Of a stretch of DNA of 64,000 nt, positions 16,806 through 25,250 are shown in pieces. The position numbers and the translations under genes were made by a program. The notes under the pieces were generated by a model. It saw nothing but the letters and a program-made list of their open reading frames with translations. It did no database searches and was not told the origin of the DNA. The stretch lies in the sequence record phage_1. One strand, 5' to 3'. Positions within the stretch are counted from its first letter, which is position 1. Every line of letters starts with the position of its first letter.

Positions 16806-18659
16806 ATGGTAAAAATCGTTGACTCTAACAACAACGCTCAGCAGAACAACACTCAGACTCAAGACACCGCACCACTGGGCGGTCTGGGCAACGAGACTGT
16901 AAAAGTGCAAACTGCTGTGCCGGGTACTTCTACTGTCAGCCAATTCGATAACGCATTTGGCATCCGCAACATCAGCACCTATGCAATGCACTTCGTCAAC
17001 CTCCTGGACGAGCTGAAGAAAAGCAACGAATACCTCAACGCTTTCCGCTGGGGCACCATCGCCGGCGTGGGTAACGAAATGGGTTCCGCGGCGTATGTCG
17101 CAGGCCAATGGCAGGGCCACTGGCTGTATGGTATCATCTTCTTTGAACGCGGTCAGTCTCTGCGTCTGAAAGAAACTACCAACAACGGCCAGGAAGACTA
17201 CTACACCATCACTGAACTGTTCAACAAAGACGTGCTGGCAGTAGTACAGAAAAACATCATGGAAGCGCATGGTCTGACCAATGCGAACTTCATGATCATC
17301 AACTCCGTACCAGACCTGGGTAAAGTTCTGGATGCTGAGTGGGCACGTACTCTGATGGGTCAGATGATGATGGGCATCTTCGGTCGTATCGCAGGCTACC
17401 TGGGTACGCTGAACCTGCGTAAGCATGACCGTTATCAGGCTGCAGTAATGCCGCTGGAAGATGGTGCGGTTGTGGATGCTAACGGCCACGCACAACGTGC
17501 TGATTTCGCAATCACCGTTGAGCACAGCCCAAGCAACGTATCCGACGCCACTCCGACTCTGCTGGACACCAATCAGGTACAGGTGTATCCGCGTGTATCC
17601 GGTACTGGTTTCGTCAACATGCGTTTCACCGGTCAGAAGCCTGTCGTTAACGGCGTCTACGACCTGAAACAGCTGCAGGCTGAAATCGTAGTAAGTCTGG
17701 TCGATTCTCAAACTGAAGGTGCAATGGCACCGTATGAACGTCAACTGCTGCTGCTGGCTGCATTTGCAGAAATCGCGGCAATCGGTGGCTGGCGTGACCT
17801 GTTTGTGAAACGTCTGAACAAACAAGATCGCAAGTTCTCCCGTGTGGCAGAATACCTGTCCTGGGGTGCTGACGCTCGTCCTGATGTATCCAAAATCGAC
17901 GGTAGCCGTGAAGCTATCGAAGGTTGCCTGGATATGTTCGCACCGCGTGAAGCAGCACTGGTAGTTAGCCATCGTGCCGGTAACGGTCTGGGTGGTCTGT
18001 CTACTATGCTGTCTGAAATTGCGGTCGGTTACGACAACTCTCTGAAACAGCTGCTCGCTATTCTGAATTCCATGTCCCCGCGTGATCAGAACGGCGAAGT
18101 TGTTGCAGCGACCAGCTTCACTGCAGTATTTGCTTCTGCACTGAAAGCACAGCTGGGCGATGCCTTCAATGGTACCATCCATTGCAGCCACATCGTGAAA
18201 GCAGCCGTACCGACTGTTTCCGGTGTTTACACCGGTACTGCACAGAAACGTAGCTTCCAGGATATGGACCTGATTTCCGTTGTTACCAAACTGGGTGATA
18301 ACGCGAACGACGTCTATAGCTACCTGAACGCACAGTCCTACAGCCACCGTGAACTGAACGAGCGTCAACAGCGTATCTACATGCTGAAACTGGCCGCTTC
18401 TCTGTTCGCATCCAAAGCACCGCAAGCTACCGGTGAATCTCTGGATATGGCTATCAACCCGATCTTCGGTAAATGCCTGCTGGACTTCGTCCGTAACAAC
18501 TGCACCTGGTCTATGACTGGTGTAAATGCCTACAACACGATGGCGACCTCTCTGTTCTTCAACAACGGTGGGGAAGACTTCACGCTGTCTGGCAACGGCC
18601 TGTCTGCAAGCGGTTCCGATTTCGGTCTGGGCGTGTCTCTGAGCAACTTCAAACTGTAA
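16806..18659 (+). CDS. chmA: Chimallin (phage nuclear shell protein; phiKZ gp54-like)
   Basis: 617 aa with a low-complexity N/Q-rich N-terminus and strongly biased, highly-expressed codon usage. Sits between the DNA polymerase and the nvRNAP beta-prime N gene, as in Chimalliviridae. Confidence 0.8.
   Translation: MVKIVDSNNNAQQNNTQTQDTAPLGGLGNETVKVQTAVPGTSTVSQFDNAFGIRNISTYAMHFVNLLDELKKSNEYLNAFRWGTIAGVGNEMGSAAYVAGQWQGHWLYGIIFFERGQSLRLKETTNNGQEDYYTITELFNKDVLAVVQKNIMEAHGLTNANFMIINSVPDLGKVLDAEWARTLMGQMMMGIFGRIAGYLGTLNLRKHDRYQAAVMPLEDGAVVDANGHAQRADFAITVEHSPSNVSDATPTLLDTNQVQVYPRVSGTGFVNMRFTGQKPVVNGVYDLKQLQAEIVVSLVDSQTEGAMAPYERQLLLLAAFAEIAAIGGWRDLFVKRLNKQDRKFSRVAEYLSWGADARPDVSKIDGSREAIEGCLDMFAPREAALVVSHRAGNGLGGLSTMLSEIAVGYDNSLKQLLAILNSMSPRDQNGEVVAATSFTAVFASALKAQLGDAFNGTIHCSHIVKAAVPTVSGVYTGTAQKRSFQDMDLISVVTKLGDNANDVYSYLNAQSYSHRELNERQQRIYMLKLAASLFASKAPQATGESLDMAINPIFGKCLLDFVRNNCTWSMTGVNAYNTMATSLFFNNGGEDFTLSGNGLSASGSDFGLGVSLSNFKL
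17675..17732 (+). repeat. 58-bp direct repeat, copy A (inside chmA)
   Basis: GCAGGCTGAAATCGTAGTAAGTCT (24 bp identical to copy B) ... GAAGGTGCAATGGCACCG (18 bp identical). Confidence 0.9.
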
Positions 18660-18675
18660 TCGAATCGGTTACTGA

Positions 18676-18732
18676 GCAGGCTGAAATCGTAGTAAGTCTA
18701 TCGATTCCAAACTTGAAGGTGCAATGGCACCG
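18676..18732 (+). repeat. 57-bp direct repeat, copy B (chmA-RNAP spacer, includes SD and ATG of beta-prime)
   Basis: Near-identical to 17675-17732 apart from a few small indels. Confidence 0.9.
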
Positions 18733-20109
18733 ATTGACAGAATGAGAAAGGTACCAAAATTCTACGGAATATCCGGCCGGTTGGTTAGTCAGGATAACTA
18801 TTTGTCCGATTTGCAAATAGAAGCTGCTGCCAAAGGTATTAAACCACCCACTATTATTAACGATGTCGCCGTTAACGGGGATGCGATCGAGGTTGCTGAA
18901 CTTATCGATCGCATGGTACAGAACAGAATCGTTGACGAAGAACTGAACTCTGCACCGATTTGTAGTTTGGATTGTCCGGCACCGATCGCGCATCGTTACA
19001 ATCTCGGTTGTAAGTGTCCGACGTGTGGCTATGTTGTAACTGAACATCGAATTGAATCCGATGTCTGGTTACGTGCACCTGATGAAATGGGTAACTTCGT
19101 CAACCCACGATTCTGGGCAATGTTCAATGCTTTCTTTAATAGCAAGTTGAAGAAGTTTGAACGTAACAAGGTCACTATCGAACGCGGTAATGACTTGATG
19201 ATGTGGATGATTGACCCGTATTACCGTATAGAAGAACCAGACGGTAAACGCGCACATGCTGTGAAACGTGTATTGGAAGAACATGGTTTCGTTCGTGGCT
19301 TGCGCAATCTGGTTGATAACCACGTTAGTATCTTTAACATCCTTACCACGCCAGAAGCCTGGAAGGAAATCTTCGCACCTAATCGGCATAACGCCGCTGA
19401 AGGTGAACGCTTACGTTTACAATGGAAGGAGCTATTCGAAACGCAACGTCACGCATTCTTTCCAAGACATTTACCGCTAATCTCCTCTAAACTTATCGTT
19501 ACTGAGGAAGGTCGTCGTGGTGTCATGGTAGACCCAGTGTTCACGGGTGCTATTGACGCGGTGAAAAATATCGCGTTGCTCTATACGCGGCGTAAAGCGA
19601 TCGAACCACGTTTTCTGATTAGTCGTGCTTTGAAGGCGAACCGTCAGCTAACGTACTTCCACATGGACTTCCGTCGTGAGTCTATGGAAGGTAAACCGGG
19701 TGACTATCGTGCGAAATTGGGTTCTACCCATATCCCGTTCGGTGGTCGTGCAACCATCTCACCTATCTCAGAACCACACGATGCCTGGAAGTTAAAAGCA
19801 CCGTGGCGTTGGATGGTTGGGTTGATGTCGACCCACATCGAGAACAAACTGCTACGACGGGGTTATTCGTCGCGGCAATGTGAGCGTATCGTTGCAAAAG
19901 CGGCAATGCAGTATGACCCGCTTGTAGACGAAATCTTTAAAGAACTGATTCGTGAATCCCCAGGCGGTCTTGGGATCATGGTCATACCGTTACGTAACCC
20001 AACGCTGGTACAGTTGTCTATTCAAACGCTGTACATCGATGAAGTTGTTACCGATGTTAACCAGTGTTCGCTGCGTATCTCTGACCGTGTGATCAAGATG
20101 GCTAACGGT
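18724..20109 (+). CDS. rpoC: Non-virion RNAP beta-prime N-terminal subunit, exon 1 (phiKZ gp55-like)
   Basis: Zn ribbon CSLDC..CKCPTC, GGRATISP and RNPTL. Ends ..KMANG at the predicted 5' splice site. Confidence 0.85.
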
Positions 20110-20465
20110 TCGAAAAGAGCCCCATCGGACGGGAAACCTCTGATGCGTATTCTCCTGAAATGCTGGGAAACCCTAAAGCGTATCTACCAGAAATGGGGAC
20201 GAAAGTCTGAAACAACAGATACGATGGCCTACGCTAAACAATACTGCTAACGGTTGTGATAATGGGTAATCAGCAGCGAAGCCTCGTGAGAGGAACGTTC
20301 AACGACTATCGCTGAAATGCGAGTAGGGGTCCCAGTGGACTTCGAAGTGGGAGAACACCTAAGGCGATAGCTATGGTGAAGATATAGTCTGTGCCTTATC
20401 GAGAGATAAGGAGGGTGTCTTAGCACACCTGCTGTATACGGAAACGGTATACGATGGACAAACAG
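20110..20465 (+). mobile_element. Group I self-splicing intron, 356 nt, no homing endonuclease
   Basis: P1 GGTTC-GAAAA-GAGCC has a U-G pair at 20109. Conserved elements: P AAATGCTGGGAAA (20158), Q AATCAGCAG (20268), R GTTCAACGACTA (20297), S GAAGATATAGTCT (20378). P7 GACTAT/ATAGTC, P9 CCTTATC-GAGA-GATAAGG, terminal G at 20465. Splicing restores NGDFDGD in frame. Confidence 0.92.
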
Positions 20466-20693
20466 GATTTCGATGGTGACCAGTTCCAGGTACGTTTGCC
20501 AGTCGATGAAACTGAGATGAAGTTGGCGCTCCAATTCCGTCCAGATAACGGCTTTATGTCTTCTACTGATGTGGACCGCGTAGAACACGGCATGGTTTTA
20601 CATAACGAGCTAATCAGTATGCAGAACCAGTTCCTTATTGAAGCAGATGAGGATGATGAAGAAGGCATTCCGTTGGAAGCGGTGATGGGCTAA
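20466..20693 (+). CDS. rpoC: Non-virion RNAP beta-prime N-terminal subunit, exon 2 (spliced product 537 aa)
   Basis: Begins with DFDGDQ, the catalytic aspartate triad. Confidence 0.88.
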   Translation, partial: DFDGDQFQVRLPVDETEMKLALQFRPDNGFMSSTDVDRVEHGMVLHNELISMQNQFLIEADEDDEEGIPLEAVMG

Positions 20694-20706
20694 TAGGAGT
20701 ATTGTA

Positions 20707-21288
20707 ATGTGGCTACAAGGTAGCACGGTGTGGACGAAACAGACCGAAGGTAGCGGGGCACTCAGCGTATTCAAAGAATCGTTTTCGCTGTCTAGCCTGG
20801 CACCCGATCTCGTTGACCGTGTAAAAGAACATTGTCAGGACTTAATCTCACTGGAGCGTTTCCGTGAAACATTCAGTACCGCACGTAAATTACGTTATAG
20901 CGATGCGGTAGAGATGGTAAGACAGATCGAAGAGTTGGGTGAATTCCAGTTCGCCAATGCTGCTTTACAGCCATTCCTCGTTGCCATGCCGGAATATCGT
21001 AAGTTGTATAATGACGGTATGGCGACTGGTTATGAGAACGGCTTTTCGCGGTTGGATGTGTTCAAAGGCAATGCGTATATGCGTACCGATGACCACTTCC
21101 GCGAAGCAACATCGGGCATTTCGACGAAGTACGACGAAGATAAGATTTGGCAATGGGCTACCAATGAAGATCGTGCAGTACGACTGAGTCGAATCGATAA
21201 AGTGGATATTCAACTTAACTGGGCACGCATGTCAGCTTTCGACTGGGAAGATGATGATCCCTGTTCGGAACTTGGCGCTACGTGTTAA
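20707..21288 (+). CDS. Conserved hypothetical protein
   Basis: AGGAG SD, 193 aa. Confidence 0.8.
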   Translation: MWLQGSTVWTKQTEGSGALSVFKESFSLSSLAPDLVDRVKEHCQDLISLERFRETFSTARKLRYSDAVEMVRQIEELGEFQFANAALQPFLVAMPEYRKLYNDGMATGYENGFSRLDVFKGNAYMRTDDHFREATSGISTKYDEDKIWQWATNEDRAVRLSRIDKVDIQLNWARMSAFDWEDDDPCSELGATC

Positions 21289-21295
21289 AAAAGAT

Positions 21296-21320
21296 GGGGA
21301 TTCGGCCCCCCTTTTTTTCT
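21296..21320 (+). terminator. Intrinsic terminator
   Basis: GGGG(A)-TTCG-(G)CCCC plus T-run. Confidence 0.65.
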
Positions 21321-21370
21321 TCACTGGGGGCTGTATGCAGCATCCTACCTTGAATTTGACAGGAGCTAAC

Positions 21371-21757
21371 ATGATTGCGGTAGGAACCTTATCCACACGT
21401 GGCTGGGCACGTACACCCCAGGAAAAGGCGCGTGAGTTGATGAACCATTACACCGAGTCTGGCTATAGCCAATCGGTGGTATATCGTGGGAACATTAAAT
21501 CACTTGCGTATACGCAAGCTGTGTTTGCACAAGATCCCGACGGGATGGTTGCCCAGATTAAAATGGATTTGGAGAACCTCTACGGGAACGTATTTCCTGC
21601 TGGCGTTGAAGTTGAAACCAGCTGGGAGTTTTTAAAAGATTCAGATGTGCGTTACCGCATCTTCATTAGTGTCCGTGTGCAAGAAGTTGTAGACGGTGAA
21701 TGGTACGATGTTGAGCGGTACGTGGATACCGAGTCGAGTGCGATTGAGGATATGTAA
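21371..21757 (+). CDS. Hypothetical protein, possibly gp25-like baseplate wedge
   Basis: AGGAG SD before ATG 21371. Size and C-terminal beta pattern suggest gp25-like (weak). Confidence 0.55.
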   Translation: MIAVGTLSTRGWARTPQEKARELMNHYTESGYSQSVVYRGNIKSLAYTQAVFAQDPDGMVAQIKMDLENLYGNVFPAGVEVETSWEFLKDSDVRYRIFISVRVQEVVDGEWYDVERYVDTESSAIEDM

Positions 21758-22431
21758 TGAGCCAGGAACCTACATTTAACGGTGTACCGTTAAGTCAGAT
21801 GAATGAGCAGATGCGCTTTGAGTATAACAAACTCAAAGAGATTGAAAACGATTTGGCGGAAAGCCAGAACGTCTGTAGTGTCTTCACCGAAGCACAGTTC
21901 CGTCGACAGGGCTTACCACTGCTGTCCGGGATGCTTGATGGTACTTTTAACGAAGAGACCTGGACGGCTTACGTAGGAAGTCCATTTGTACCCCTACAGA
22001 TTGTGGACGATGCTGATAACAGCAAACTGCTATTTACCATCCCTGCTCTGCTGAACACCGGCCGCTCGTTAATCACCGTTGACGGCGAACCCTCCCTCTC
22101 CGATGAGACTGAGTACATCCGTCGTCAGGTTGATGTGATTGCAACCGTCGGTGAAACCCAGATGTACAAGATGATCGATTACACCTTAACCGGGATCGAA
22201 AATATGTCTCTGGCTGAAAATTCAGTTCGTGCGAAGTACATTATTGACTTGCTGAACTGGATTTTCCGACGCTACGGTGTGGGTGGTCAATTGCCATATC
22301 CGGAAGGGTTGGTTGAATACGTCGATAAAATTACCGGCGGTAAAAACACGGCGACAGCTGCAGAGACTTCGGTGCAAGCCCCAGCTCAAACGCAGCCAAT
22401 CGTAGGGATCGGTGATGGAGAAGATTACTAA
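21757..22431 (+). CDS. Conserved hypothetical protein
   Basis: GAGG SD, TAATG overlap. Confidence 0.8.
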   Translation: MSQEPTFNGVPLSQMNEQMRFEYNKLKEIENDLAESQNVCSVFTEAQFRRQGLPLLSGMLDGTFNEETWTAYVGSPFVPLQIVDDADNSKLLFTIPALLNTGRSLITVDGEPSLSDETEYIRRQVDVIATVGETQMYKMIDYTLTGIENMSLAENSVRAKYIIDLLNWIFRRYGVGGQLPYPEGLVEYVDKITGGKNTATAAETSVQAPAQTQPIVGIGDGEDY

Positions 22432-23563
22432 ACCTCCTAAGAAACCAGAAGGCGTTAAGCGCCTTTTGAACACTAACGATATCCATTTGTTGCATAAGCG
22501 TGTGCCTACTTGGCACATCGTGGATGTGATACGTGAGGTACTCATTAGCTGCGAAAATACGCTTGACGCCTTTTATATAGCAGGGGATTTATTTGATGAT
22601 TCCCGACATCTTCGCCAGGAAGATTCTCAAGAAGCTGTGGGCTTCTTGACGTGGTTGCTCCAGTGGTCTAAGGCCACTAATACCGCAGTTCGCATCGTTG
22701 AGGGAACACCATCCCATGACCATGGCCAGTCCAAAATAGTTGAGTCGCTGAACATCAGTATAGGCGCAGACTGTTTGTATTTGGCAGGGATCGGGATATT
22801 TTACGATCCGGCTCTCGATGCGATGGTAGGTTGGGTGCAGGACGAATATAAAGCTGCTGGCGTCGATGAAATTAATGCTGCTGCCACTGAGGCAGAAATG
22901 GCAGAACTGATGGCGACACGAGGCTTGGAGAAGTTAGACTTTATCTTCATGCACGGCTGCTTCCAGTTTCAACTCCCTGTCGAGTCCCCTCGTTCTTTCC
23001 ACGAGGAGTTCTGGTTGCCGAGAGTCAAGCACCTGATATTTATCGGGCATGACCATCGACCCAAGGAATTAGACAAGATAAGAGTTGTAGGTAGTCCTGA
23101 GCGACTATCTCAAGGTGAAGAGGAGGACAAAGGCGTAGCTCTTGTCGATTTCACCGATACGGTTGCCAGGGATTATTTCCTGGTTAACCCACGCGCGTGC
23201 CCGCAGAAAAAGATTCGGGCACAGGAAGACTTTGATGCGCAGTTAGCAGCTTGTCTTTCTGCATTAGAATACATCGACAATCATCCCTCGTCCGCTATTG
23301 GGCGATTTGAGGTCGAGTATTACGCAGGCTCACCGATGGCCGAATACGTCAGTCGGTGGAAAAAAGAATACACGTTCCACATTTCTGGAGAGCGTGTGCG
23401 CTCCTCTGAAGAGGAGGAGTTGTTAGTGAAGAGTTTTTCGAACGAAGCCCCAGTGTACGAAAAACCTACTCCTGAGAACTTCGAACGGTTGGTTCTCGAA
23501 GAGCTAACATCAGTGAAGTACGACCCTGATGTTGTTACTGCAATCATTAGGAAAATAGAATGA
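22412..23563 (+). CDS. sbcD: SbcD/Mre11-like metallophosphoesterase nuclease
   Basis: Calcineurin-like motifs DIH, GDLFD, GTPSHD, MHG and GHDH. Confidence 0.8.
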   Translation: MMEKITKPPKKPEGVKRLLNTNDIHLLHKRVPTWHIVDVIREVLISCENTLDAFYIAGDLFDDSRHLRQEDSQEAVGFLTWLLQWSKATNTAVRIVEGTPSHDHGQSKIVESLNISIGADCLYLAGIGIFYDPALDAMVGWVQDEYKAAGVDEINAAATEAEMAELMATRGLEKLDFIFMHGCFQFQLPVESPRSFHEEFWLPRVKHLIFIGHDHRPKELDKIRVVGSPERLSQGEEEDKGVALVDFTDTVARDYFLVNPRACPQKKIRAQEDFDAQLAACLSALEYIDNHPSSAIGRFEVEYYAGSPMAEYVSRWKKEYTFHISGERVRSSEEEELLVKSFSNEAPVYEKPTPENFERLVLEELTSVKYDPDVVTAIIRKIE

Positions 23564-24396
23564 ATCCAATCAGTGTTGATCGCACTTTCGGGTTCTATTC
23601 AGTGTCAATCGCCAGTTCGCTGGCGTTTGAAGGTCTGCTGCATACCGGCGAATACGCCGACTGGAAAGGCGAATTGCCTATCCATTCCTATCAGGAAATA
23701 TACCTGAATCTCCGGACATTGTTCCGTAACGCCTTCTATGCGTTTGAAGAGAATAGAGAACGGTTAACACCCGACGTGATGCTAACATCGATTGAAGAAG
23801 ATATTAATAATCTTACGGCTACCGCGAGAGCGGTAGCCCCTTCGGTGTTATGCGTTCCGTACCTTTGTAGCTATCGTAGCGCTAACAAAGTGTTTCCCGA
23901 AGCCTCGTTCAAAAACATTGCAGGCGGTCAGGATAAGATGACGCCAAACCAGCTGCACTATAATGCACTGGAACACGACACCTTAAAAATGTACGGTGAG
24001 AAACACGAAAATGACTTCCGTCAATTCGATGTTTTCCCAGAGGGTAGCCGCGACACACTGTTACTGACCCACATGCCAGCTGATCTCCTGGCACGTAAAG
24101 ATTTCCCTAAACTGGGTTTGTTGGAATCGCACACCGGTAAAGTGAAAACACAACTGGAGTGGTACACCAAACTTAACGGGAAACCCCAACATATTCCGTT
24201 TAACAAAGCGTTCCTGACGTTGTTTGGCGACGGGATAATGTTTTCACCCCTCGATCGCAAAACGCGTGGGGTGGTGTTAAAAACCGCAGAGAAGTACAGC
24301 TGGAAACAGGATACCACAATGGACCGTATTTATAACTGTCTAAAACTGGTGAATGAGCCATTTGTAATTGAACTGCTCCGCAGGCTTATGAAGTAA
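23560..24396 (+). CDS. Conserved protein, possibly 5'-3' exonuclease / T4 RNase H-like
   Basis: NLRTLFRN, THMPADL and LFGD resemble FEN/PIN-fold motifs (weak). Confidence 0.5.
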   Translation: MNPISVDRTFGFYSVSIASSLAFEGLLHTGEYADWKGELPIHSYQEIYLNLRTLFRNAFYAFEENRERLTPDVMLTSIEEDINNLTATARAVAPSVLCVPYLCSYRSANKVFPEASFKNIAGGQDKMTPNQLHYNALEHDTLKMYGEKHENDFRQFDVFPEGSRDTLLLTHMPADLLARKDFPKLGLLESHTGKVKTQLEWYTKLNGKPQHIPFNKAFLTLFGDGIMFSPLDRKTRGVVLKTAEKYSWKQDTTMDRIYNCLKLVNEPFVIELLRRLMK

Positions 24397-24404
24397 GTTA
24401 AAAT

Positions 24405-24427
24405 TTACGTTAGTGGGAAATCATGTG
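24405..24427 (+). promoter_or_regulatory. Class B promoter motif TTAC-N15-TGTG
   Basis: AAAATTTAC, 15 nt, TGTG; same spacing as 8 other copies. Confidence 0.65.
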
Positions 24428-24461
24428 TGAACCACTAGACTGCTTTTCCGAAAAGGATGAA

Positions 24462-25115
24462 ATGATGATTAACCAAGAAATTTTCAAAGACAAATGGCTT
24501 TACCCGCAGACCGAACCGGATCAGCAAAACCGTACGCGTAAACTCAACATCGAACCGAATGATTTCAACGGCGATGTTGAAACTATGAAGTTTAGCTACT
24601 CCTTTGGTAAGGGCGAAGGTCTCTATTTCTCTGCGCCAATTACGGTTTGTCGTACCATTATCGAAGCTCTGCAGGATTGTCTGCGTAAGAGCGAAAAGAG
24701 TATGCTGAAGTTTACTAACGAAAACGGCAACAAACCGCCCGTTAGTCTGATTGTTGGCCGTGAAGACAACCTGGTACCGTTCATCGCTATTGCCGGTGAA
24801 ATCCAGGGCGTTGGTGCCCGCCAGAAGAAGTTCTACTTCTCCTACCCGAAAGGCTTCCGTATTTTCCGCGACGGTCAGCAGGTTTCTGATTTAGAACTTG
24901 CCGAGCGCTGCGCACGTGCGTTTATCACTAACTTCGAGAAGTTCTTACAGAACCTGGAAGAGAAATATAAGCCGCGTGAATTCCAGCAAGGGGGTGGTAG
25001 CTTCGGTCGTGGCGGATACGGCGGTGGCCAGGGTGGCGGTCAGCGTAGCGGCGGTTATCAACAGCAACAATCTGCACCTCCAGCAACCACTGATTCTTAC
25101 GACGAATTCCTCTAA
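24462..25115 (+). CDS. chmC: ChmC-like nucleus-associated RNA-binding protein (phiKZ gp67-like)
   Basis: About 217 aa with a Gly/Gln-rich disordered C-tail, directly upstream of the gp68-like nvRNAP subunit (the known ChmC position). Confidence 0.65.
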   Translation: MMINQEIFKDKWLYPQTEPDQQNRTRKLNIEPNDFNGDVETMKFSYSFGKGEGLYFSAPITVCRTIIEALQDCLRKSEKSMLKFTNENGNKPPVSLIVGREDNLVPFIAIAGEIQGVGARQKKFYFSYPKGFRIFRDGQQVSDLELAERCARAFITNFEKFLQNLEEKYKPREFQQGGGSFGRGGYGGGQGGGQRSGGYQQQQSAPPATTDSYDEFL

Positions 25116-25201
25116 GAAACAAAATAAAAAATACGCCCAAGGGAAACCTTGGGCTATTAACGCTTATGCGTGGTCCTGCAACACACACTGTAAGAAGATT
25201 T

Positions 25202-25217
25202 AGATAGATATTATCTC
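25202..25217 (+). promoter_or_regulatory. Class A phage promoter motif
   Basis: AGATAGATATTATCTC upstream of ORF 25251. Confidence 0.7.
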
Positions 25218-25250
25218 AGTGCAATCGACTATTCGCGGAGTTCAACTATA

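Noticed and set aside
16695-18425. 576-aa antisense ORF over chimallin
   Set aside because: It is a by-product of strong codon bias in a highly expressed gene; no SD, no protein-like features. The same applies to 57369..58421, 56014..56550, 13486..14028 and 58954..59406.
20110-20250. C-terminal 46 aa of ORF 18724..20250, and ORF 20454 as a separate gene
   Set aside because: The first is read-through into the group I intron; the second is exon 2 plus an intron-derived ATG.
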